The translations under genes were made by a program, and so were the position numbers. Source: Vicugna vicugna (taxonomy: Eukaryota). From it: DNA of 64,000 nt. This document shows, in pieces, positions 24,527 through 36,719 of the stretch. The DNA lies in contig MU058844.1 of NCBI GenBank assembly GCA_013265495.1, positions 12,918,184 to 12,982,183 of the forward strand. The letters run 5' to 3'. Under the pieces are notes generated by a model. It was not told the origin of the DNA. It ran no database searches and saw only the letters and a list, made by a program, of their open reading frames with translations. Positions within the stretch are counted from its first letter, which is position 1; every line of letters begins with the position of its first letter.

Positions 24527-26333
24527 TTAGGTCAGAAAAATGACAAGGTAGGCAGCTTGAAGCTCTTGTCTCCTCAAAGAAAAGTTAAAAAGCCAGCAGA
24601 AACTGTCATAGCCACATTTGCCAGAACTCTGGAAAACTGTCAGAGGTTTGCAGCAACTAAGTGAGTGCTGAATCAAGAAAAAGGTAACTTCAAAGCCGCA
24701 AGAAAACTTCATGGCATTTTTACTTGCTCTTGTCATAATTCCGCCCTGGATGGGCCCCAACATTTCCCAGTTTGAGCCCTGGTTCCAGAGGGAGTAGAGC
24801 AGACCTTATTAACAAATTGTTATGTATGTCTGTTGTAACCTGTCTGGGGGCCACCTGAAGGATCTACGCAGGGCGTACATCTCTTTTTCATCTAACTCAG
24901 AGTTCAGCCAGAAAGGCTGCAGACATTGCTTGGAAGTACTGCAAGCCAAACTAACAACCTGCAGATACCTGGGACAAAAGATTACCATTAAAATACACAA
25001 TAGACTTTGTAAGGAGAAAAGTCTGGGTAGAGAGAGCATTGAAAACCCCCACATAATACATAACCTGACTCAAAAAGAAATAGAAAATTTCAACAGACCT
25101 ATAACAAGTTAAGAGATTGATTCAGTAATCAAAAACCTCCAAAGAAAGAAAAGTCTAGGACTAAGTGGCTTCACTGGTGAATTAAACATTTAAAGAAAAA
25201 CAAACACCAGTCCTTCTCATACTCTTCCAAAAAAACATGGGAACACTTCCTAACCCATGCTATAAGGTGAACATTACCCTAATACCAAAGCCACCAAAAG
25301 ATATCACAAAAGAAGAAAATTATGGACCAGTATTATTTATAAATATAGATGTAAAAATCCTCCACAGAATACTAGCAAACTAAATCTTATGACACATTAA
25401 AAAGATCATACACTAAGTGGGATTTATCCCATGATGCAAGCATAGTTTAATAAGAAAAATCAATCAACGCAATACATCACATTAATAGAATGAGGTGAAA
25501 TATCACATGCCCACCTCAGTTGATACATAAAAGGTATTTGACAAAATCTAAGACCCTTTCAGAATTTAAAAAATTAACAGTATACTCAATGGTGAAAGAT
25601 TGAAAACTTTCCCCCTAAGATCAAGAAAAAGACAAAGGTGCCCACTTTCACCACTGCTACTAACCATTGTACTGGAAGTTCTGGTCAGGGCAGTCAGACA
25701 AGAAAAACAAATAGAAGGCTTCCAAATTGGAAATGAAGAAGTAAAGCTACCTCTGTTCACAGATGACATGATCCTACACATAGAAAATCCCAAAGAATCC
25801 ATAAGAAAGCTACTACAGCTGATGAATTTAACAAAGTTGTAACATATAAGATGAACACACAAAAATTAGTTGTGTTTTTATACACCTGCAATGAACAAAT
25901 TCCAAAAAGAAATTAAGAAAACAATTCAATTTACAGTCCTATATAAAAGAATAAAATACATAGTAATAAATTTAACCAAGGAGGTAAAAGACTTGTACAC
26001 TGAAAACTATAAAACATTGTTGAAAAGAAAGAAGACCTAAATAAATAAGTCCTGTGTTCTTAGGTAAGAAAACTTAATATTGTTAAGTTGTTAATACTAC
26101 CCAAAGCAATCTATCAATCTATGAATCTATCAGTCAGATTCAATGCAATCTCTACCAAAATTGCAATAGTTTTTTTTTATGGAAGTGGAAAAATCAGTCC
26201 TCAAATTCATATGGAATTACAAGTGGCCCTGAACAGCCAAAATAATCTTGAAGAAGAATAAAGTTGGAACACTCACACTTCCTGATTTCAAAACTTATTA
26301 CAAAGCTACAGTAATCAAAACAGTATAGTACTG
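24527..26333 (+). mobile_element. Decayed L1 (L1M-type): 5'-like segment joined to the ORF2 reverse-transcriptase region
   Basis: 25600-25842 translates to [46 protein letters not shown] (L1 RT motifs); surrounding frames have stops. Confidence 0.85.
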
Positions 26334-27400
26334 ACTCCCTTTCTCATTTTAAATAACTTCTCATCAGTCTCTATTAATCTCTAATTTGAAACTACTCTTA
26401 GAATATGGATTTAGATTCTAAATGTTATAAAATCTTAAGTTTCCATGAGGTTAAGTAGGTGGGCACAGTGTTAGGCTGAATCCAGAACCTGCCTTATTAT
26501 TTATTTTCTGTAATAAACAATACAAATTTTACTTTAATTTTAAGCACTTGAGTAAGATTTTACAAAATTATTTCAAGGAATAGGTATATAATTCCTAATA
26601 TAGACAGATAAATAGATAATGCTGATTTAGAACACTGAACAGGTAAGAACAGAGTTAAAGACTTCGGACCATTGGTTCCTTGTTTTTCTAAGTGTATAAA
26701 TTACCTTGCCCTTCTGATTCTGATTTCTTCTCTTGCATTTGTTTTTTTATTCTAAGGAACATTTAATCCTAATTGATGGTTAAATGTACTTTTGAATCTT
26801 ACTCACATTTTTCAGTAAGTTTAAATTACACTCTGCAAAATAATAATATCATTCCCATTTATTATATGATGCATTCTACATTATCCAGACATTATTAAAA
26901 GTAAGCAATCTAAATAATTTTATTGGAAACCCAACATCTTCAGTGAGAATGTTTCTAATGTTGGGAACAAGATAAGTATGGTTTTAAAAGAATACCATTA
27001 CTTAACATTCAACCAGATTTACTAACTCATACAGTTAGAAAAGTGGGGTGTCTGTATTCATATTTGTGTGTGCATAAATATGTCTCTTGAAGGATATACA
27101 AATAGCAGTATCTTTTTAGTGGGGGAGAAGCTGGGTGGATACAGGTCAGGTGTGCGAGGGAACCTCTTCATTGTACATTTTCTTATACTCTTTGATGTTT
27201 GTGCCAAATTAATGTTTCCTATTAAAATTAAATAGTTTGTATAAGTGTATCACATCTTATTTAAATTTTAATTAGACTATTTAATCTTTGTTTTTAGTTC
27301 TAAGTATTGTGCCCATGAAGAGTTTTGACGGCTGTACAACGTGGGTCTTTAAATACAAAATTCAGTGCAAATTCATGTAATAGCACAATTTTTTTTTCAG

Positions 27401-27506
27401 GTTAGTGTCCCGAAAATGAAACATAAGCCAACCAGGCAACAGAAGAAAGTGGCAAAAGGCTATTCCTCCCCAGAACCTGACATCCAGGACTCATCTGGAA
27501 GTGAAG
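27401..27506 (+). CDS. OSBPL8: OSBPL8 coding exon 16/18
   Basis: tttcag| and aag|gtaaaa; 106 nt, VSVPKMKHKPTRQQKKVAKGYSSPEPDIQDSSGSE. Confidence 0.94.
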
Positions 27507-29186
27507 GTAAAAATATTTATTGCAGACTATTCACTGTAAGAGTCTAAAGTTTTTAAAGGATATTACTATTAACTATGTTTGATATGTGAAAATGATTTTT
27601 CATATTAAGTCAAGATTTGTAAGTTTTGGTGGGAGCAAGGATGATGTGCAAAAAAAGCTATTTTGGATTATAGGTAAATTTCAAGACCAAGACACAAGGT
27701 AGAGACACGGGAAGTGAAAAAGGGGGAAACATGTAAATCAACAGCCACACTGTAGTACTAGCTCTTATTCCTTGTTAGCTTCTGAAAAATTATTGATGGT
27801 TTCCTAGATTCAGTGCAGGCAGCATTTTTTGAGCTTTGGGCTGTTTCATGCTTCAATAAAGTTTTTCATTCTCATAATAAATTATTGTATTTAGAAGTCA
27901 CAGACAAACAAAAATATATCAAAATAATGAATTCAATTAACTAGTGTGCCATTCTTGTTCAATCAGATAATGTGTAAACTGTCTTGAACTACACTGAGGT
28001 ATAATCAAGCATTAAGGTAACGTCTGAGACATTATAAAAAATAGTTTTTTAAAAGCCATAGTCTCTACTAAGCTCACCCTAAGCTGGGGAGTTCATTTTT
28101 ACAGAGATAATACTACAGGTGAATAAAATGGTAAGTGCTAAGAAACTAGTAGATGACAAATAGTAAAGGGTTTAAATAAAGGAAGGGGAAGTGAATTCAG
28201 TTTGAGAGAAGGTTCATAGAGAAGAGGAACCCTGGTGAATTACTTAGAATTTCTAATTGATTATAGCAGTCTAGGCTTGAGGGATGTGGGTGGTGGACAA
28301 GATACTGGAGTAAAAGAGGAATAAAATGAATCAAGTTTTAAAAGCAGGAGTAACATGGTACCACATGCACAAGGTTAAACTCCCCAAGGCTGTATACCCC
28401 ATAAGGCAGTATATTATCTGTTATATATGCAGATATTTTGGCTCCTTAATTCACTCTCTTATCCACTCAACTAGCTTACCGGTAACGTGTCAGCTGGCAT
28501 TTACTGAGTACTTAATGTGTGCCAAACTGGATGTTAAACACCCTACTACAACCATGTGAAGCTGAGTATTATTATTCCTGTTTTACAAATGAGAGAGCTG
28601 AGATCTGGAGAGAAGTTAAGATCTGAACAAAAATGGAAAGGAAGTAATGGATATGGGAAGGGATTTAAAAAAAAAATACCCACATACTTTGTTGGTTGAC
28701 AATGAAATTTGTAGAAGAGATATTAAAACCAACTGAAAAGGTTTACAGGTTGGATGACTAGGGAAATAAAGGTAACATTGACAATTAATAAAAAACTGAA
28801 AGGGGAGCTCAAAAAGCTGACTTCTTCAGATGTAGGCAAATGGGCAGGAGACAGAAGAGAATAATACCTTCCCAAAATTAATATGTGTATTTTAAAGAAA
28901 TATTTTTGTCTATTTTAATTGGTTAAAAAAAAAAACTGATTCCATCCAAAATTTAACTAATTCATGGTTGCTTTAAGTTTATCTGTAGTGTTCTAGTTTA
29001 GAAATATGATTGAAACTTCAAAAATGCATACTATTACTTATTACTAGTAGTACATGAGTCTCTAAGCCATAAAAATAATGCCTAGGAAAATTTTTATTAC
29101 ATGAGAATTATTAATCTGAAATGTAGATTGTTTACAATTAAATATGTTCATTATTTTTATTAACTTTATTACAAATGTCTTTTTAG

Positions 29187-29289
29187 CTCAATCAGTAAAA
29201 CCAAGTGCAAGAAGAAAGAAAGGGATAGAACTGGGAGACATTCAGACTTCCATCGAATCTATAAAACAAACACAGGAAGAAATTAAAAG
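29187..29289 (+). CDS. OSBPL8: OSBPL8 penultimate coding exon 17/18
   Basis: ttttag| and aag|gtaata; 103 nt, AQSVKPSARRKKGIELGDIQTSIESIKQTQEEIK(R). Confidence 0.94.
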
Positions 29290-29949
29290 GTAATATATAC
29301 TGACAGTGACTATTCATCTGAGTACAGAGGAATAGCTAAGAATCCTGCTACGTAGGAAATCCTATGCAAACTTTACATTTTTATAACATCATGAAGCTAA
29401 AAGAGAACCTTGGCTTCTGTCACCCAATTACTGAAACTCAGGAAATTCCTTCAGCACTAAAATACTGGGGGAGACAAGAGGGTTTTTTTCCTCATCTGTG
29501 AGATTAGAACTAGAATCTCTTCATCTTATTGCTGTAGCATACTGGAGTGTAGCTGGGTTGGATGTGGAAGTGGGGCAGTTTTCGAGAAAGTTGGTTAACA
29601 AAGGCTTCCACAGTCTCCTTTGTACGTGGTTAATTTTAATTGGAATGCAACAGTTGTTGAAATATTGCAATGCTTCCATAACAGTGGGTAAGTAGCCACT
29701 ACCCTGAGACCTTCAAGTGTTCCTTTTGCACTCCAGGCCCTTCCCCACACTCACCTCCCCATGATCCAACAACTAAAGGTCTTGACACTTCAGGAAGTTC
29801 CTTGGAAGGGAAAGGGTCCTGATCCTGCTCCATTGCTAAGGCTAGCATGAGTTCAGACTAGTTGTCTCTCATTGCTGTATCAGCTGTTAAATATTCTTTA
29901 ACATTAGCCAACCTGATTTTGTGAATTTAGCGTTCAGTGCTAGATGTTC

Positions 29950-30465
29950 TGTTCTTGGTGACCTTAATGGCTTATATTTAGTTGCTGTTTTCATCTGCAG
30001 CCTCATCTCCTGCCATTCCTCTACATTTATCCCATGCTCTAGCCCTATGAAACCCCTCACATCTCCAGAACATACTGTTCTCTCTCTGGACCTTTACACC
30101 TTTACCCACACAGAATCCAGTTCTTAGACTGCCCTTTCTCCCACCCTGCCCATCAAGAAAATCACTGTTTATCCTTCAGAACATAACTTAAATGCCATCC
30201 TTTCTGTAACACCTTACGTCACTCACCCTGCCCTGTCGAGTTATTAATCACTCCACTTGGCTTGCATGGCTCCCCATACATAGTCTTTTTGAGTGCTTAC
30301 CACACCACAGAGTTGTTATCATGCATGTCTGTTTACTCCTACCTCTTCTCCCACAACCTCCAATTGGCCATTAGCTCCTTTAGAGCAGGGAGCATGTCTT
30401 CTGCATGTTGGTATCATCAGCCCTTATATAAAAGTGCTCAAGTTTCCTGATTTAATTATATTTAT
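29950..30465 (+). mobile_element. L2 3' region
   Basis: cagcctcatctcctgcc...tatccttcagaacataacttaaatgccatcc...agctcctttagagcaggga. Confidence 0.6.
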
Positions 30466-31084
30466 AAATTAATGAGCCTACTTGTCCATTTTGCCTCCTT
30501 TCTTTCTACTGGTAAAACACTTTAAAGGAAGCCAGAAAAGGAAGAGGTCTTCACTAATCAGCTCTTTTTAACCAAAAGCATTTAGAGTGGCATGAGAGTC
30601 ATATAAGCTCATTTCATGACTAAACTGACATTTTATTTTTGTTAGCATATGAAATGCCTATAGAACAAATATTCTTCAAGTTAGGAATGTCATGAAATCT
30701 GTTGTATTTTTTTTTCCTGGTAAATTTAGGATTTTTCTCCAACTCTGTCTCCCTAAAGTAAAGATAAAAGAACTCTAGTGGGCCAACTAAGAAGCAAAAT
30801 TGTTGTTTAAAAAGCACTGTCATAACAAAGAAGGTGATATATTTTATGTCATCAAACTTTTAAAAGTACATTTAATACTAATCATTAAGTAATATATTTG
30901 GTACAGTGTGGAATATAGATTTTGGCAAGACCTAATAATGGTTCCACATAGCATACTTAGCTCCCTGTTCAGGTGGTAGTAATTGATTAAACTTTATACA
31001 ATTGAATTCTGTGACCATATATCAAATTGTGAGTTCTCTGCTAACATTTTTGATAGTTATTAAATTTTTTGCTTATTTTTATAG

Positions 31085-31217
31085 AAATATTATGGCTCTT
31101 CGAAATCATTTAATTTCAAGCACACCTGCCACGGATTATTTTCTGCAACAGAAAGACTACTTCATCATTTTCCTCCTGATTTTGCTTCAAGTCATAATAA
31201 ACTTCATGTTTAAGTAG
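31085..31217 (+). CDS. OSBPL8: OSBPL8 last coding exon 18/18, C-terminal ER transmembrane anchor and stop
   Basis: ttatag| acceptor; NIMALRNHLISSTPATDYFLQQKDYFIIFLLILLQVIINFMFK then TAG; hydrophobic tail anchor. Confidence 0.96.
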
Positions 31218-34200
31218 TTCTTTACAGTTGAATCAGTGAACTGGAATGATCAGATTTCACGTGGGACCAGTGTTGGGAGTTGGTTTGGTCTTTATTAAAA
31301 CATCATAATATTTCTAAAACAGAAAACCATAGAGATAAATGTAGAAGTGTTGACTTTTCATACCTTTTATCCTTAACGTGAAATAAGAGCTATTCTATTT
31401 GGTTATTAAAGTGAGCTGTGTGTTAAGTGCCAGAACATTTCTAGCTTTTGTGAGAATGTGTCTACATGTGAGTATAATAAATCCACATGTATACACAAGT
31501 GTGTCTTACATATACCTTAGTCTTTGTAGTCTATAGTATGTTCATGTTCTGCAATATACAGCATTAATGTTGTTCATGACAAAAATGCTATCAATCTTAT
31601 AAATATACGTATAGCAATCTGTTTTCTTCATAAAATAGGCACAAAACTTTTATCAATAAGGAATTACAGAATGGGAAATGATGGAATAATAGACATAAAT
31701 AGTTCAGTATACTGTACTGTTAAAAAAAAACCATTTCCAAAGCATCCAGATCAATTGTCTTCTTAGAAACAGGAATAAGAAAAAAGGAAAAAGCATGGTC
31801 AAAATTGATATATTGAGAGAGAAGGTGGCAAATTGCTTTTTTAAAAGTTTACACAAGAGTTTTTTTAACCCCAAGAATTTAATAATTATAGATACAGGTA
31901 TAAATATATTTACGTCTACATCAACAGAAACACTGGTATGTAGCTACTTGGATCTAGTAACTATATCTTTCTTATTATACCTATATTACCCCCTTAAAAG
32001 TGTGGTCAAGCTTCACTGCTGTCCTTTTTTCTTGTTTTTTGTTTTTTTAAACTCAGTTGGTCCAGTAACATAGGCCAAATTCTAAAGATGTTTATAAGGC
32101 ATATGAAATGCTAATATTCATGATTTTTCACTATGAAACACTCATTTTAGCTTTCATGTTCCTAGTGTGTTCAGTGAAGTAGAACAGAAACAAAATTATA
32201 ACCAATACTTTACTTCAAAAGCCAAATAAGAAAAGGGCGATAAGAAAAGCCACTTCGTGTGGTGGCATTTATGTGTACATTAAAATTGGTTTCTTTAAAA
32301 TGTGCAATAAGTTCAGCATCTAAGAAGAACGTCAAGTTCTGAAGTTAATTCTTTATTATCCTCCTCTTTCTTAGTAACTGCATTCTGTGGCAAAATCACA
32401 ATTCCTTAAGATTCCTTTTGTTCAGGCTCAGGCAAACTCCTTTCCTATTTTTTTTCAGTTTAATATTTTTACTTTGTTTTTACATAAATATTTATAGCCT
32501 TCAAAAGCAATTTTTGCTAAGTAGTTAAGCTTAGGAACATGTTGTAAGAGGTATCTTAGAATTCTGAAAGTCGATTTTCTAATAAGAATGAAGGTCAGAG
32601 AGAATAACTGCTATTGCTACACTTGCTTTTGACCAAGAAGAGACTGAGAGACACTAATAAAATTACAATCAACAACTTATGCCATGGTGAGTATAAAATC
32701 AAGGAATGATTGCTAAATTATGAGAACAAAATGACTTAAAAAAAAAAGAGCCTGCTTTTTTCCCCCTAACCAATATAGCTATCTTAAGTATCCTTAGGTT
32801 TTATGAATAGCCATTTTCCATGTATTTTTGGCAAAACAATGCTGTATTCATACATACATGTGAAACATTTTTTAAATTGATTAAAACATAAGTAAAACAT
32901 ACCTACACCCAGTATAAGTATAGTATGATTACAGTAGAACAGGTGGGGTTTTTGTTTGTACCCATACTTGATACAATTTTTGTACTCACTTTCTGTTACC
33001 AATGTTATACTCAACTGCCTCTTCATTGATATATAATATTTTGTAAATATTGTACAATTTGATCCTTTTTTATGGTTTAAATTAGTATTAATTTATATAT
33101 ATTGATTGGCTGATCACAAAAATAATTTCATCTTTAAACCCTGAAAACTTACATTTTTTGGTTGGTAATTCCCCTATGGGGTTTTAGTCTTATCCACTTG
33201 TATGGTAACTTTTGTTTGGTATAAATGGTATTTTATTGGTATGGTTATCTTCTAAGCCTGGAGAGGTAGTTACTGTCTTTATTTTTAAATTTTCTTTTTA
33301 AGGCACATGTTATGGGTTCTTATTACTCAAGGAATCAAAAACTATTTCATGAGAAAGAGCAGGGCTACTCATGACTGTTTCCTATACACTGAAAGCATAT
33401 ATCTAATCTAATAGTCATAGTCTTCTTATGCTTTTAGTTATATGACTTCCTTTCTGTGAACTGAACACAAAACTCAGGAATTGGTGGCTTAGTTTTTAGA
33501 TCAGTGCTTATATTAGAGTTAGTATGTGAATCCTTTAAATTACATAATTAACTTTGTATTTAGCCATACATGTAATTGACTTTGAATGTTCTCCAACTGA
33601 GATTAATCTTCGTTCACACATGGGTTCATAAAAATTGTGATTTACAGTTCCCAGTTGTCTGAGAGCCTCATGATGGTTTCTATGATTTAAGACCTATGAC
33701 CAGTTTTTTCTTTTTTTTTTTCACTTGAAAGTTTAAATGAGTAATAATTATTGACATGTGCATTTCTGTTTTAGTTGTTAAATGTACTGTGTCTTCAGTT
33801 ATCCACCATTTAGTGAGATGTAGCTGGCCCAGGAAAAGACAATAAATAGGTCATGTGAAATAAGTAAGTTTCAGCAATAGATATTTTACTTGTATTTCAT
33901 GTCACTTTTCTGTATTACTTATAAAGGTACAGTGTAATCTTTGTCACCATTCCATTGAAAAGTTGGCCTTGTAAAATACAACCCTCATTTAGTGTTCATG
34001 CTTTTGTGCCTTTAAGAAAATACTTTTCCTCATTTTTGTGTTACAGGACTATATGATTCAGAGTATTTATAGGCTTACTTGTCATAAAAGGGTCATTTCT
34101 CTGTGTCACTTTATTTCCTTTTATATAGCTATAGTATATTTAAACAATAATGCTATACTTTTATAAATGTTTGTCTATTTACCTATCAAATATATTCTTC

Positions 34201-35350
34201 ATTTTCAGACATCATTGAAAAAGACTTGTCAGATTATTGAGTATTGTAAACAGTGCCTTTTCGATGGAATTCATACTGTTTTAGGGTGTCAACTCGTGCC
34301 ATATACACACAAAATTCTTTGGAAGGCAGTTTTAACTTTTTGAAGAATATGTTAGTCAAATATTTAAGAAAACAAATGTATAAAATTCCCTTTTTTCCAG
34401 TGTTTATTATTTCTAGTGAGCAATGAATATACTTGGGGGGGTTTTTTGTTTGAAATACAGTGATAATGGCATTATTGATGAGCCATACATGACACTGCAG
34501 ATTTTTTGAATTATGTTAAATGTACAGAAATAAAATATTAAAATCAGCATTTATACGAAATTTTCCCCATTTGAACCAATGGTAGGGGGGCACTCACACA
34601 AATCACTAGGTTTACATTTCAACTTCTCTCATATTTGACTACATGGAAAAAGAGATTCTTTAAAATGTATAACCTGCCATTATTATGTAATTTGGTTTCA
34701 TTTTGTTTACCTATAGTGAATTTAATATATTTAATTTACTTTTTGTTACTCTTAATATACTACTTGTTTTGTTAGTTTTTAATGAAAGACGGACTGTTAA
34801 CATCGTATAGGACCAGTGTCTTCTTAATATGATTAACATATTTAGAAGAGCCACAAGAAACCCATGACAAAATGAATGTGAATATACTTTCTAAAATATT
34901 TAGAAAATTTTATCTTTCTGCATTTATCATGTAAATTTATTTTAGTATTACAAGATTGAAATTTCAAGAAAAAATGCCACTGATGAGCCACAGAACTTCA
35001 GTTGAAAATTTTCACTTTTTAGCATGCTAACTGTACATCTAAGTTAAATATCCTGTTTAATGGCCATTTATAAATACAAACACTACCACTGGTCAGTTTT
35101 GTAAAATAGAATAAACGTATGTTATCTGCAGTGTAAGTATAGCACACTGTCAAATTCTTTTCCTTAAGGTGCATAGTAAATGTACAGCTAGTCTTAGGTA
35201 ACTGTTTTGTAATGTATTACATTTCTAATCTGTTATTCCTAACCTATTATAAATGTTTGCAGAGACAAAAGAATTGAACTTTTCTAATGATCTGTAAAAT
35301 GATGCTAACTTCTACAAGTAGGCATTCTAAATAAAATTTTTAAAAAGAGC
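31218..35350 (+). other. OSBPL8: OSBPL8 3'UTR (~4.1 kb; end inferred)
   Basis: AT-rich stretch after the stop with no interspersed repeats I could recognise; several AATAAA hexamers; repeats resume (MIR) at ~35490. Confidence 0.75.
35330..35335 (+). terminator. Probable distal poly(A) signal of OSBPL8
   Basis: AATAAA at the end of the repeat-free block, with several upstream TGTA (CFIm) motifs. Confidence 0.65.
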
Positions 35351-35489
35351 AAACTGATCAAATGTCTTTGAATACAACATATGGTGACTAAATTACTTAG
35401 TTCTTTAATTAAAAAAAATTTGTGTTGGGGGAGTAGTTAAGGATGGTAAAGGACTTGCTTGGAAGAGACTTAACAGCTAGAAACCCTAA

Positions 35490-35690
35490 TACATGCTTTA
35501 TGTGATGCTTTATATTCACTCTTGAATACTCATAATAACTTCGGATAAGTGGAAGTTAACTGGATTTTATAGATGAAGAATCTGAGGCTCAGAGAAATTA
35601 AATGATCCAAAAGCTACACAGTGAAGAGTGATAGTGAGCCCAAGTTTGAACCCATGTTTGACTTCAGTGCCCATTCTCTTTCCACTGTAC
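35490..35690 (-). mobile_element. MIR
   Basis: attttatagatgaagaatctgaggctcagagaaattaaatga...tttgaacccatgtttgacttcagtgccc. Confidence 0.8.
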
Positions 35691-36719
35691 ACTTAAATAG
35701 AATGTTAAATGTTTGGAATAATCCACTGCTCGAATCTATGTGTATAGAAAATTTTGTGATGGGTAAGAAAAAAAAGAACCTTGCTATTACACAAGTATAC
35801 AAAACCCACATGAAAAAGATTTCCCCCCTCTAATCACCTATTAGTCCATACTGAGTCAACATCAGGCATGTTTCAAGAAATCATTCCTCTCTAGTTTTCC
35901 TCACTTTTCCTCCATCCTCCTCCCCTCCCATATTTGCTCTCCTCAGAATTCAGCTGCTTCTGGCCAAAAGTCAGTTGGTTCTTATTGAGGACAATGAGAG
36001 AGCTTACAGGGTTCTCCTGCCCTATGCAAAAGAATAATGGGTAAGGAAAACAATCCCTCACTGATAAACCTCAATGAAACATTTATAAGGTAATTTTCTT
36101 ACTTATATTGACCACACTCTGATAGGTGTCCTGTGTTGTGTTGTTAAGATAATCAACTTTTTTCACCTTACAAAATGTTCCTTTCTTGTGGAGATAGTGG
36201 GTCCTTACAGTGGTGACACATCACAGTAATTTGTTGGGTATACTGTAAATATTTGTTGAGTGCTTATTTAGCATGTACCAAGCACCATGCAAAAACAAAC
36301 AAAAAAAGCTTTGTAAACATTCTCACCCTCCTCAAAACCTTGAGATTTGTCTGTTACATATTACCACCATTTTTTTTTAAGATGAGAAAAGTGAAGACAA
36401 GTTACATGCTAATGTCACATAGTGAATGTCACAGCAAACCCAGCTCTAAATCTTAGGCCCATACTCTTGACCATTTCATCCTTAAGAGAGTGTGTACGTC
36501 TTAATGAAACAGTATGTTCTTTCTCCTTAACAGTTTTTTTCTGCGGATTGTGTCCAATAATTCTGGGCCACTGTGTTTTTAAAGTATATCACCAACGTAG
36601 CTAAGTCTTAACATCTATCACCTCTGCTAAAGAAAAAGCAAATTGTGGTGGCTAGGGTTTCATAGTGGATACCTAAGCCCAGGATATGTGGCAAAGCCCC
36701 CTGCAGAAAGCAGAAAGCC

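Noticed and set aside
25600..25842. Reverse-transcriptase-like ORF
   Set aside because: Fragment of decayed L1 ORF2 with surrounding stops and frameshifts; not a novel RT system
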